DNA of 64,000 nucleotides from Candidatus Acidiferrales bacterium (GTDB lineage Bacteria > Acidobacteriota > Terriglobia > Acidiferrales > UBA7541): the NCBI GenBank assembly GCA_963742905.1, contig CAVUNS010000007.1, positions 27,264 to 91,263 on the forward strand, in the 5' to 3' direction. This document shows, piece by piece, positions 34,581-44,111 of the stretch. The notes beneath the pieces were generated by a model. The model worked only from the letters and a program-made list of their open reading frames with translations, was not told the DNA's origin and ran no database searches. The first letter of the stretch is position 1, and each line of letters begins with the position of its first letter. Position numbers and translations under genes: made by a program.

Positions 34581-35231
34581 TCACAATACCTCAAACTTCG
34601 CCGCAGCTTGAGCATAGGTTATCTGTTCTTTGGTCAATAAAGGGTGCTCGTCGATATATCGGTTAATTACCGCGGCTGTATCTGGATGATGCAGATGGCC
34701 CAACCCATGGAGTGCGGCACCCTGACAGATCCAGGAATCAATCGCCAGAACCTTGGCAAGGGTCTGAAAGTAGGTGTCCTGCAACTCCAAGTCCTCGCCT
34801 CCGCGCTCGCGCTTTCTATTCCCGCAATGCCACGAATAGCACAGAGAATCCCACCACATGTGAACAGAGGTATCCAGAGGTTCGCTGGCAAAAAGGCGTT
34901 CAAAAAGGACGGCCATGGACTCAATGCATTCCTTGCGGCTGGTTAACGGGGCGTCAGAGTATTCGATCAGGTCGCCAAGGGACCAATCATGGGTGTAACC
35001 CATGATCTCCCAGAAACCTTCTTCAAGCTCCTGTTTCGTAAAGCGCGTAAGTAAAAATTCTGGTTTCTGAAACAATTGTACGTAGTATGCGCAGAGGCTC
35101 TTCGCGTCCATCTCCACTTCGATGCCGGAAAGCGGTGTATCTGGCTTGATTTGTTCGGCGGGGTTGAAAATCAAAGATACAAAATCATCAAACGAAATGT
35201 TCGTTAAGTCCCGTGATTCTGGCTGTTCCAT
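34581..35231 (-). CDS. Hypothetical acidic protein
   Basis: 216-aa ORF with HMWWD and CQGAALHGLGH segments; co-oriented between glk and mmsA. Confidence 0.65.
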   Translation of the reverse strand: MEQPESRDLTNISFDDFVSLIFNPAEQIKPDTPLSGIEVEMDAKSLCAYYVQLFQKPEFLLTRFTKQELEEGFWEIMGYTHDWSLGDLIEYSDAPLTSRKECIESMAVLFERLFASEPLDTSVHMWWDSLCYSWHCGNRKRERGGEDLELQDTYFQTLAKVLAIDSWICQGAALHGLGHLHHPDTAAVINRYIDEHPLLTKEQITYAQAAAKFEVL

Positions 35232-35321
35232 GGGGAAAGTATACCGAACTGTTCGTGCAAGCAGGCGGGTGCCTGGTGACGAAGTGATCGGGACCTGGGC
35301 AGATTTTCCCGCGACGAACTC

Positions 35322-36302
35322 TTACTTCACCGTCCGGTAAGCCTCGTACGCGGCGCCAATCAGCGGGGCGGATTCATTCAGCACCACCGAAACCGGCACG
35401 TCCGACAGCATTTGCCCAAAATGCCATTTGTCCTTGAACGAATTGAAAAACGTGCCGTCCGTCATCTTTGGCAGGATTTTCACGGCAATCCCTCCGGCGA
35501 CATAGACGCCGCCAAGCGCCAGAACTTTCAACGCCAGGTTACCCGCCTCCGCGCCATAAATATTGGTCCACAAATCCAGCGCTTCCACGCACACAGGACA
35601 AGAGTGGTCCAGTCCGCTCTTGGTGATAAACGGCGCGGGATCGGCGTCCGGGTCTTCGAAAATCGGATGCTTCACGCTGGGCGCAATGAATTCGTGCAGC
35701 GTTCGGAAACCGCGCCCGGAAAGAATCAGTTCCCAACTCACCTGCGGATAACGGTTGCGCATGAACTTCAGCAATTCAATCTGCTGGTCCGTGCGCGGAG
35801 AAAAATCCGAGTGACCACCTTCGCTCGGCACAACCTTATAGCGGTTGCCGTCCCAAAACAAAATGCCTTCGCCCAACCCCGTGCCCGCCGCAAGTAATGC
35901 ACGCGAAGCTCCCGGCAAAGGAGATCCCACGTTCAACACGCAAAAATCTTCCGGCGGAAGATGCTCCAGACTATGCCCGGTTGCGCCCAGATCATTCACC
36001 AGCACAACCGATTTCACCCCAACCTCTTGGGCCAGAACGTCCGCGTCCACAATCCAGGGCAAATTCGTGGCGTGAATGCGGTTGTTGATCACCGGTCCCG
36101 CCACGCCGAATCCCGCGGCCAGAATTTTCCCGCCGTTCAGATGCGCCGACGCGCGCCGCACGAATTCCCGGATGATCAAATCAAATTGCGCGAATTCCTT
36201 GCTGGCGAACCGCTCCCGGAATACAAATTCCAACTTCCCGTTGTTCTCGGCAAACAGCGCCAGGTTGCATTTGGTACCGCCCACGTCCCCTGCGAGAATC
36301 AC
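35322..36302 (-). CDS. glk: Glucokinase
   Basis: LAGDVGGT, GVAGP, TNLPW, ND, GTGLG, SEGGH, VYVAGGI. Confidence 0.95.
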   Translation of the reverse strand: MILAGDVGGTKCNLALFAENNGKLEFVFRERFASKEFAQFDLIIREFVRRASAHLNGGKILAAGFGVAGPVINNRIHATNLPWIVDADVLAQEVGVKSVVLVNDLGATGHSLEHLPPEDFCVLNVGSPLPGASRALLAAGTGLGEGILFWDGNRYKVVPSEGGHSDFSPRTDQQIELLKFMRNRYPQVSWELILSGRGFRTLHEFIAPSVKHPIFEDPDADPAPFITKSGLDHSCPVCVEALDLWTNIYGAEAGNLALKVLALGGVYVAGGIAVKILPKMTDGTFFNSFKDKWHFGQMLSDVPVSVVLNESAPLIGAAYEAYRTVK

Positions 36303-36346
36303 CGTGCCTCCCGACCAAAAGCGTATAACCCTTATATTAAACCGTT

Positions 36347-37870
36347 TTAAGGGTTATACCACTGTCTCGCATCTCTTTCGAGCAACTGCTCCGATTCTTT
36401 TGGTCCCCAGCTACCAGACGGGTACTCCGGCACCGTCGCGGTTTTCGCCGCGCTCCAAACATCCAGGATGGGATCGACCAGCGACCACGCCGCCTCCACC
36501 GAATCGCCGCGATCAAACAACGTAGCGTCCCCTCTCAGGCAATCGTTTAGCAGCGTGGCGTACGCACTCCGTGAGCCGTTCCCAAACGCCTTGATATAAT
36601 TAAAGTCCATCGCCACGTTCCCGATGCTCATCTCCGTGCCCGGCTTTTTCGCTCCAAACGAAATGCAGATTCCTTCAGCTGGCTGAATGTTCAGCACCAG
36701 CCGGTTCGCTTGAACGTCGCGGTCCCGAAAAACAATGTGCGGCGCGCGCTTGAATTGAATCATGATTTCCGTGGTGCGCTTGGCTAGCCGTTTCCCGGTA
36801 CGCAAATAAAACGGCACCCCCGCCCAACGCCAGTTGTCGATCAGCACTCGCATAGAGACGAACGTTTCCGTGCGCGACGTCCGGCTCACATGCGCTTCCT
36901 CGCGGTACCCTTCCAGCGGCTTATCCCCCAGTTTTCCCGGCGAATATTGCCCACGCACCACCGATTGCGCCACCATTTCCAGGTTGAATGGCCGGATCGA
37001 CTGCAGCACTTTCAACTTTTCGTTGCGTACTGCATTCGCGTCAAACGAGGCGGGAGGCTCCACAGCCACCAACGAAGTCAACTGCAGCACGTGACTTTGG
37101 ATCATGTCCCGCAGTGCCCCCGCGGTCTCATAAAATCCGCCTCGGCGCTCCACCCCCAGCGTCTCCGAAGCGGTTATCTGCACATGATCCACGTAATTGC
37201 GATTCCACAACGGTTCGAATATCCCGTTGCCGAAACGCAGCACCAGCAAATTCTGCACCGTATCTTTTCCCAGGTAATGATCGATGCGATAGACCTGCTT
37301 TTCTTCGAACTCGTTGAGCACGATCTTGTTCAATTCGCGTGCGGAAGCCAAATCTCGTCCAAACGGTTTTTCGATGATGATGCGCACCCACGCCCCCGGT
37401 CGAGAAGGTTTTGCCAGCCCGGCGCGGCCCAGATTCTCCACGATGTCCTGGTACACCTCCGGCGGCGTCGACAAATAAAACAGCCGGTTGCCAGACAAAT
37501 CCTTTTCGTTGTCCAACTGTTCCAAGCGCGCCGCCAATTTCTTGTAGGATTCCGCGTCGCCGTAATCGCCGGGAGAATAGTAAAGGTTTGGAGCGAAGTT
37601 GCCCCACTTCCCTGGATCGATCGGACCGATCTCCGACATGGTTTGCGCCGCTTCGCTCACCGTATTTCGGAAGGACTCGTCGGTCATCGGCGTGCGCGCG
37701 AAACCGAGAATCGCGTAACGCTCGCCGAGCGCGTTGTGTTGCGCCAGATCGAACATTGCCGGGATCACTTTGCGTTTCGCCAGGTCTCCCGAAGCACCAA
37801 ATAGCACTATTGCGCAGGGCTCCGCCCCACCCGTATAGATGGATGCACGTCGCGCCGTTTCTTCAGCCAT
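36347..37870 (-). CDS. zwf: Glucose-6-phosphate 1-dehydrogenase
   Basis: GASGDLAKRK, EKPFG, RIDHYLGK, RWAGVPFYLRTGK. Confidence 0.97.
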   Translation of the reverse strand: MAEETARRASIYTGGAEPCAIVLFGASGDLAKRKVIPAMFDLAQHNALGERYAILGFARTPMTDESFRNTVSEAAQTMSEIGPIDPGKWGNFAPNLYYSPGDYGDAESYKKLAARLEQLDNEKDLSGNRLFYLSTPPEVYQDIVENLGRAGLAKPSRPGAWVRIIIEKPFGRDLASARELNKIVLNEFEEKQVYRIDHYLGKDTVQNLLVLRFGNGIFEPLWNRNYVDHVQITASETLGVERRGGFYETAGALRDMIQSHVLQLTSLVAVEPPASFDANAVRNEKLKVLQSIRPFNLEMVAQSVVRGQYSPGKLGDKPLEGYREEAHVSRTSRTETFVSMRVLIDNWRWAGVPFYLRTGKRLAKRTTEIMIQFKRAPHIVFRDRDVQANRLVLNIQPAEGICISFGAKKPGTEMSIGNVAMDFNYIKAFGNGSRSAYATLLNDCLRGDATLFDRGDSVEAAWSLVDPILDVWSAAKTATVPEYPSGSWGPKESEQLLERDARQWYNP

Positions 37871-37924
37871 GGCTTCCCTCCGGCAACTTTTTAAACGAGA
37901 ATTTGATGCCCTGCCGCTTCAGAA

Positions 37925-38536
37925 CTATACCTCAATCCCCAAAGCCTGCAGGTCGCTGCGCAATTGCTTGGCATTCTGATGGTGAATCACTTGCATCCCC
38001 AGTCGCCGCGGGTTCTCCAAATTCAACGGACGATCGTCCACAAACACACAGTGCTCTGCAGGCCGGTGCGAAACTTCCAGCGCGATGCGATAAATCGTTT
38101 CTTCCGGCTTGCGGCAGCCCAGGTAACACGAACTGAAGAACGCCTGAAATTCCCGCCGCAGCCCAAACGCTTCAATTCGGTAATCATTCAGCTCGCGTGG
38201 CTCGTTATTAATTGACGCAACGTAGTATTTTCCCTTGCTCGCCACGTCGGTAAGCACCGCGCGCGTTTCCGCGTACTCTTTCGATTGCGCAAACATAAAT
38301 GCGGTGAACTCTTCACGGGTGAACGGACGCGGCCGGTAGAACAGCGTGCGGTCCAGATATTGATCCAAGGTAATCTGGCCCGCGTCGAACGCAGGGAACG
38401 ACAAATCGTGACGGTCGCGGAACTCTTCGGCATCCAGCTTGAACGTCTCCACAGCGTCCTTGCGGGAATTGTGGTCCCAACCATTGGTCAGGATTACGCC
38501 GCCAATGTCCCAGAATAAGCTAATGATTTCAGGCAC
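37925..38536 (-). CDS. HAD-family phosphatase
   Basis: WDIGGV motif I, RKP, FVDD motif IV. Confidence 0.85.
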   Translation of the reverse strand: MPEIISLFWDIGGVILTNGWDHNSRKDAVETFKLDAEEFRDRHDLSFPAFDAGQITLDQYLDRTLFYRPRPFTREEFTAFMFAQSKEYAETRAVLTDVASKGKYYVASINNEPRELNDYRIEAFGLRREFQAFFSSCYLGCRKPEETIYRIALEVSHRPAEHCVFVDDRPLNLENPRRLGMQVIHHQNAKQLRSDLQALGIEV

Positions 38537-38608
38537 GCTTCGCCCCCCAAAAGAGCCCATGAGGAATATCAGATTCATCAGCCGGACGGAAGGAAAAAAA
38601 CGGTTACA

Positions 38609-40339
38609 TCAGCGCTGCATGCGGTGGAGGGCCTGCTCGAATACCTGCAACAGCTGCTCGAGCGCCGCGGGAAATTCACGCGAAAGGTGCAACCGGATCA
38701 CCGGACGCCGCCATTGCCCCAGCGTGTCATACTCGCTCAAGCTCATGACCTGGTGCAACTGCCCAAACGTGTATTCCGCGCCGGGAATATCAATATCATT
38801 CACCGTGTCGCTGGTGAACAGGATGCACGGCCCAAACGGCAACGACTCGCGAAAAAAATACTCGAAATACTGCCCGCCATACGGACCAAAGGCCATGAAG
38901 ACGGGACGCTGCAGTTGATTCGTCAGCATTTCCCGCAGAGCCACAAACTTGTCGTGCACTTCTTCGCTGCGCGTGATGTGCACCAGCAAACTGATGTGAC
39001 GTGCCCGCGTGGCTAGCCGAAGAAATGTTTGCAGCGCTTCGGAAACACTCAGAGATGAAATTTCCTGCCGTGTCACCCCATCGGCATAAAGCTGGATAAG
39101 TTTGTCTGTAATCCGCCTGGACCGCTGCAGCGGATTCTCACGCCGGGCAAGCTGCTCCAGCATTTCCTGGACAAACGCGCGCGGCATGCGTCCGTCCCGC
39201 ACGTCGAACGGGTCTGTGCCCAACCTCGCACAAGTCAGGATGGTCGCGGCTTCCCACTTGAACGTTTCCGTTAGCAAGTCCATCGGTTTATCCATTGTCA
39301 GGTGAACAAAAGGCTGTTTCCTTGCCCGCAAATCCTCCATAAACTTTTCTATCCCTGGGTCCTGATCACCCGCATAGCTGAGCACGGCGAAAATGCCGTC
39401 CTGCGCCACAGGAGCGATCACCCGCGGCACCACCCCGAACAACGGAATCAGTGGAGAATCGCCACGCGCAAGGCTGCCTCCAACCAAATGCGCCAGCCGG
39501 CACGTGTACAGCATCAATGACGGCGAAGCGATGAGCATCAAGTAGCGCCGTCCGTGTCGAATCGCTGAACTTAAGAATGCCGCCAGCTGCAACGCGGGAT
39601 TTTCGGCAGTATTGCCATTGGCGCATGCATCCCGAATCGCACCTGTGCCCGCTACGATTTCGCTGAATTTCGCAGAGCCAGTCGCCGTGAGCAACGCCGC
39701 AAACTGCATCAGCGAACAATACCCCGCCGGCATTTCGCTGACATCCGGACGTAGCTCTCGAAAGGCGTAGCCGCGGCTCAGGGATGCAAGGTAGGTATCC
39801 GGTTCGGTCTCGGAAATAAAGTGCTTTGACGCTTCAGCGCCTGCCACCTCTTCTACCTTTCGCCGGAAGTAAAGAAAAAGACAATGCTCCCTGACTCCGT
39901 ACTCGGATTTGCTGGACACAACAAACAATGTGCGCCGGAAATCCAGCTCTTGCTTTTTGTCTTCGATCGCATCGGGAGCGCCGCTATCAATAACAACGAC
40001 TTTGCGTTTTTGCGAGGTGCCGGGAATCAAAAGGAACGCATTTGCGCTGAGATTCAGCGTTTCGGTGCTCATCAAGGCGTGAATCACCAGGCCGTCGTCG
40101 TCCGCTGACTGGATCGTATTCTGGATAAACGTGAGAAACGGCTCGAGTTGATCGGGTTGCGCGCGCCAGTCGCGTTTCGCTAGCGCAGCGTTGCGTTCCC
40201 TCAGATGCTCTGGCCCAACTTCGCTCTCGACGCTCCATAGCCATCGCACCAGTTCCTGGCGCACGTAGACTTGTATTTCCTGCTGCTGTTCAGGTTCAAG
40301 AGCGCCGTAAAAAACGCATTGCTTCGGCAAGCTCACCAT
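38609..40339 (-). CDS. Degenerate glucose-6-phosphate isomerase-like protein (PGI half of Tal-Pgi); probable pseudoenzyme
   Basis: Scaffold motifs VIDS.AP, TLFVVSSKS, ENPALQL, FKWEAAT, DPFD, YTFGQL and RPVIRLHL are retained; catalytic motifs are altered. Confidence 0.7.
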   Translation of the reverse strand: MVSLPKQCVFYGALEPEQQQEIQVYVRQELVRWLWSVESEVGPEHLRERNAALAKRDWRAQPDQLEPFLTFIQNTIQSADDDGLVIHALMSTETLNLSANAFLLIPGTSQKRKVVVIDSGAPDAIEDKKQELDFRRTLFVVSSKSEYGVREHCLFLYFRRKVEEVAGAEASKHFISETEPDTYLASLSRGYAFRELRPDVSEMPAGYCSLMQFAALLTATGSAKFSEIVAGTGAIRDACANGNTAENPALQLAAFLSSAIRHGRRYLMLIASPSLMLYTCRLAHLVGGSLARGDSPLIPLFGVVPRVIAPVAQDGIFAVLSYAGDQDPGIEKFMEDLRARKQPFVHLTMDKPMDLLTETFKWEAATILTCARLGTDPFDVRDGRMPRAFVQEMLEQLARRENPLQRSRRITDKLIQLYADGVTRQEISSLSVSEALQTFLRLATRARHISLLVHITRSEEVHDKFVALREMLTNQLQRPVFMAFGPYGGQYFEYFFRESLPFGPCILFTSDTVNDIDIPGAEYTFGQLHQVMSLSEYDTLGQWRRPVIRLHLSREFPAALEQLLQVFEQALHRMQR

Positions 40340-40550
40340 GGCTCCAAATCGAACTCGTCGTGAATCCAGTACCGCTGATACTGCTATCCAGTTCACGTGG
40401 GTCGATTCGGACCGAGCCGATTCTCAGGAAGAAGACAATCGAGGTTGAACTTGTACAATTACTGGACAATAATTTTACAATCCTAGCGAATTTCCTCGTC
40501 TATTGCAAGCCGGACACTGCTGACGCACAATAGCTCCTTTGGGGGAGTGC

Positions 40551-40883
40551 ATGGCGAACGAATCCTGTGATCCAACACCATCGGCCAGCGAGCCTGTTAA
40601 ACCGGGCACGCGCATGGTCCATTGCGTAAAATTCGATAAAGACCTGCCCGGGTTGGACCGCCCACCCTGGAGAGGTGAACTCGGCAAACGCGTTTTCGAA
40701 AATGTTTCCAAGGATGCCTGGAAGCTCTGGGTGGAATACTCCAAGATGGTGATGAACGAGTATCGCCTGAATCCGCTCGATCCCAACTCCCAGAAGATCA
40801 TGGGAGAGCAAATGGAACAGTTCTTCTTCGGCGAAGGAGCCAAGCTTCCCGAAGGCTACGTCCCACCCAAGGCTAAAGGTTAA
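40551..40883 (+). CDS. yggX: Fe(II)-trafficking / oxidative damage protection protein
   Basis: RMVHCVK...PPW.GELGKRVFENVSK.AW..W...MNEYRLN. Confidence 0.9.
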   Translation: MANESCDPTPSASEPVKPGTRMVHCVKFDKDLPGLDRPPWRGELGKRVFENVSKDAWKLWVEYSKMVMNEYRLNPLDPNSQKIMGEQMEQFFFGEGAKLPEGYVPPKAKG

Positions 40884-40884
40884 G

Positions 40885-41242
40885 CGGCGCGCCGACATTC
40901 GCCGACATTTCGGGGCACTATTTGGGCAGAGTTTCGGCCGCCGTCTCCATTCGCTGCATTCGATTCGAATACCCGCACGGCAAAGGTCCTATTCTCAACG
41001 CGCTTCCCGCTCTGAAACAAAAACCCTCATATTCGAATAACACTTCCCCATTTACAAAACTTATTTAGTCGGCGCGCCGACATTCTGGAGTGCGGGAGCC
41101 CAGCTCCCGCTTTTACAATTGCAACTCACCCAACGGCTGTAACAAGAGCGGCAGCCCTGCTGCCGCGAAGAGCAAAATGTATCATCCAGGAATATCGCTG
41201 CAGTATGTACCAACAAGTATTTTGGTCGGCGCGCCGACCAAA
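40885..41242. repeat. Cluster of REP-like palindromes
   Basis: GTCGGCGCGCCGAC core at 41068-41081 and within a perfect 22-bp palindrome at 41221-41242, with a partial copy at ~40885; hairpins gcgggagc-cca-gctcccgc (41092-41110) and gcggcagc-cct-gctgccgc (41148-41166). Confidence 0.7.
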
Positions 41243-41251
41243 CTGCTATCT

Positions 41252-42562
41252 TTACGCACAATCCGCGGGAGGCACACTGTGGCTCAGTGGATGCTCCACC
41301 GGAAGCCGCGGCGTGATCGTGAAATGCAGCTTTTCATGTGCCTTGCGCAGTGCATCTTCCACTACACCAGGCTCATCGCCCCTCGCAAATAAAAACCCCA
41401 AATAACTCGCACCTTCCGGCCATGACGCGATAAAATCGTGCAGCCTCGCGGTAATTTCCAGGCTGCTGATTCCCGGCGTCGCTCGGGCCTGATCCTCACC
41501 ATCGACTTTTTCCAGAATCCCGCTTCGTGGCACCGGAATCATCATCACGCCCGACGCTTGCGTCTCTCTTTTCGCTTCCAAACCCGGCAATTCCAAGATG
41601 TACCGTAATAAAAGCTCTTCGAACGCGATCGTGCCGTCGCCAGGCGCCTCGAAACGAAGCGCCCGCGCACACAACCCTCCGATCGGCCGCGCCGCAATTT
41701 CTATGGGCCATACGCTTTCGGCATTCACCCGAAATTCCCCGTGCACTGGTCCGTGGGAAAGTCCCAGCGCTCGCACCGCGCCCAGCAATGACGCTTCGAT
41801 GGCTCGCTGCTCAGCTTCCGGCAATCGCGAAGGTGTCACATAAATGGATTCTTCGAAATATGGTCCTTCCAGCGGATCCGGCTTATCAAAAATCGCCAGC
41901 ACCCGCAATTCACCTCCGGTGAGTAGCGCTTCGACCGCCACTTCCCTGCCGTCCAGGTACCCCTCCGCAAGCATTTCATCCAGGTGCGGCTCGCGCGTCC
42001 CTCGCACTTCCGCAGAGTCCAGTAACCGCTTCAAACGCGCCGCTCCCATTACAAACTCTTCGCGGTTGTTGACGCGAACAACTCCCTGACTGGCCGACAG
42101 CGATAGCGGTTTCAATACGCAGGGATAAGTAATTCCCAGCAGCGAAGGTTCCGGCGCAGGACTCAGTTTCACGCTGCGAAACCATGGCACCGGTACCCCT
42201 GCTTCTCGCAGTACTTCCCTCATCCGCAGCTTGCTGCGACACGCCTCCACGCTGGCTGGATGATGATGTGCCAGTCCCAATGCCCGTGCCACGTACGCTG
42301 CTGTCACCGTGGGCCGATCGCCGACAGCCAATACTCCATCCACCGGCAATCCGCGCTGCGATTCCAGCACTCGCGCCGCCGCGCCTTCCGGCAATTCGAA
42401 ATGCACGGCCAGCGCGTGATCGTTCCAGGGATTATCCAGGTGGCTGCAGCGGTCGGTGACATACGCGATGTCCACACCCAATCGCTTCGCGGCCGATTCG
42501 AATGACCGCGTCTGGTAACCCAACTTGGTTGCGAACAGTAAAACTCTTTTCTTGGCGCTCAT
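41252..42562 (-). CDS. ATP-grasp ligase (L-amino-acid ligase-like)
   Basis: CRSKLRMRE, YPCVLKP...SQGV, EGYLDGRE, HGEFR, IEIAARPIGG. Confidence 0.85.
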   Translation of the reverse strand: MSAKKRVLLFATKLGYQTRSFESAAKRLGVDIAYVTDRCSHLDNPWNDHALAVHFELPEGAAARVLESQRGLPVDGVLAVGDRPTVTAAYVARALGLAHHHPASVEACRSKLRMREVLREAGVPVPWFRSVKLSPAPEPSLLGITYPCVLKPLSLSASQGVVRVNNREEFVMGAARLKRLLDSAEVRGTREPHLDEMLAEGYLDGREVAVEALLTGGELRVLAIFDKPDPLEGPYFEESIYVTPSRLPEAEQRAIEASLLGAVRALGLSHGPVHGEFRVNAESVWPIEIAARPIGGLCARALRFEAPGDGTIAFEELLLRYILELPGLEAKRETQASGVMMIPVPRSGILEKVDGEDQARATPGISSLEITARLHDFIASWPEGASYLGFLFARGDEPGVVEDALRKAHEKLHFTITPRLPVEHPLSHSVPPADCA

Positions 42563-42580
42563 CCCATCATTCTCGACAAG

Positions 42581-44026
42581 CTACAAAAACGTTTCGGCCT
42601 GGCGCATGTTCTGCTTTGCTTTGGTGATGGGGACCAACTGGTCCCGCGTGGGCTCCGCTCAACAGTACCAAGGCTCGTTGAGATACGGCACCGTCGCGCG
42701 CGCAACCAGCACAGGTGTGAATTGCTTTTCAATCCGTGAACCCGCGGCTTGCTCCACCGCGTGCCACATCTTTTCGAAAGTCGCTGACCGGCTCCGCTTC
42801 AGCTTTTCGCTCGCGGCGACGATGTCCTGCAAATCTTCGCAAAGCCTATCAATCGCTAGGTCGACGTGTTTCCAGGGATACACCAGAGCTCTCGCATCGA
42901 ACGAGCCGACCATGCGGCGCACTTCCTCCAATTCCAGCAACCGCGAGCCTGACGGAATGAGCAACCGAATCGCCAGCTGAATGGGTCCCACGGCTTCCAC
43001 CAGGTCCAGCCGCTGGATCTGCTCGTACAAGTCCAGCAACTGCGCAAACGTGGTCCACGGCGTAAACGGAATAAACGTGGGCTGCAAAACAATGTCTGCG
43101 CGCCGGCACAATTCCACAGCGCGAAAGAAATCAGCGCGGGTGTGATGCTTGTCCAGTTTCTGCAGCACCGAATCGTCCAACGACTCCACGGCGGAAATAA
43201 TGAACAAGCAACCGTTAGCCCGCAACAAAGGCAGCGACTCCGCGTTTTCCAGCAAGTGCTGCACCTTGATCGTTACGTCATAGGTAAGCTGCGGAAATTC
43301 CTGGTGCAACGCTTCCACCACGGGTATGGCGTGGCCCACGCCATTGAAAAAATCAGGATCGCCAAAGGTGATGTGCTGCGCACCCGCTGCCACTTGCTGG
43401 CGAATATCGCCCAGCACCACGTCGCGATCCACAATGCGAAACACGCCCTCGTACACTGGCACAATCGGACAATGCCGGCATAGATGTTTGCAGCCACGGC
43501 TCGCTTCCGTGTATCCCACTACACGATGCTCTCCGGACGGAAGCACCAGGTGCGCATACTCCCGTAATGCCGGAAGCCCAGTGCGATCCGGCAGCTGGAA
43601 ACGCAATCGGCTCCGCGATACATTTGAATCCAAAGGATGGCTCTGCGGCGTCGCCGATAATCCGGACACATGTTCAGCTAAATCCACCAGCGCCTGTTCG
43701 AATTCCCCGCCCAGCAAACTGGAGATTCCCTGCGCTTTCAATATTTCGCCGGAAAGCGAAGCATACAAGCCATAGGCGCACAAATGCGCGGAAGGATTGA
43801 TGCGCCGCACTGGTTGCAGTAATTCAATGGTGAGCCGCGTCGCCGTATGCATTGGCACGTAAAATGCCACCAATCCTGCTTCGCCAATCGCTTGTTCATC
43901 GAGCGGCGCGCGCGACAGATCCAGGCACGTGACCTTGTGCCCGCGTTTGCGCAGCCACGACGCCGGAGATGCCAGCCCAAATGGCTGTCTCCCCAATTCG
44001 TACGTGGAGATCAAAACAATGTTCAC
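42581..44026 (-). CDS. CUAEP-tail radical SAM selenoprotein; in-frame TGA at 42659-42661 read as Sec
   Basis: B12-binding-like N-terminal domain and CKHLCRHC; the frame reads [18 protein letters not shown]...ETFL-TAG. Confidence 0.85.
42630..42645 (-). promoter_or_regulatory. Putative bacterial SECIS element
   Basis: mRNA GGGACC-AGUU-GGUCCC hairpin starting after a 13-nt spacer from the UGA, with GU in the apical loop. Confidence 0.7.
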
Positions 44027-44111
44027 AACGCCTCATTATAGCCGCTCTGCCTGCCACGATGATTTCGGTTATCATCTTAGGAAGCCTTCAACCCTGGAAA
44101 GGAAGTTGAGA

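Noticed and set aside
40885-41242. CRISPR array
   Set aside because: Only two or three short palindromes with irregular spacing, and no cas genes
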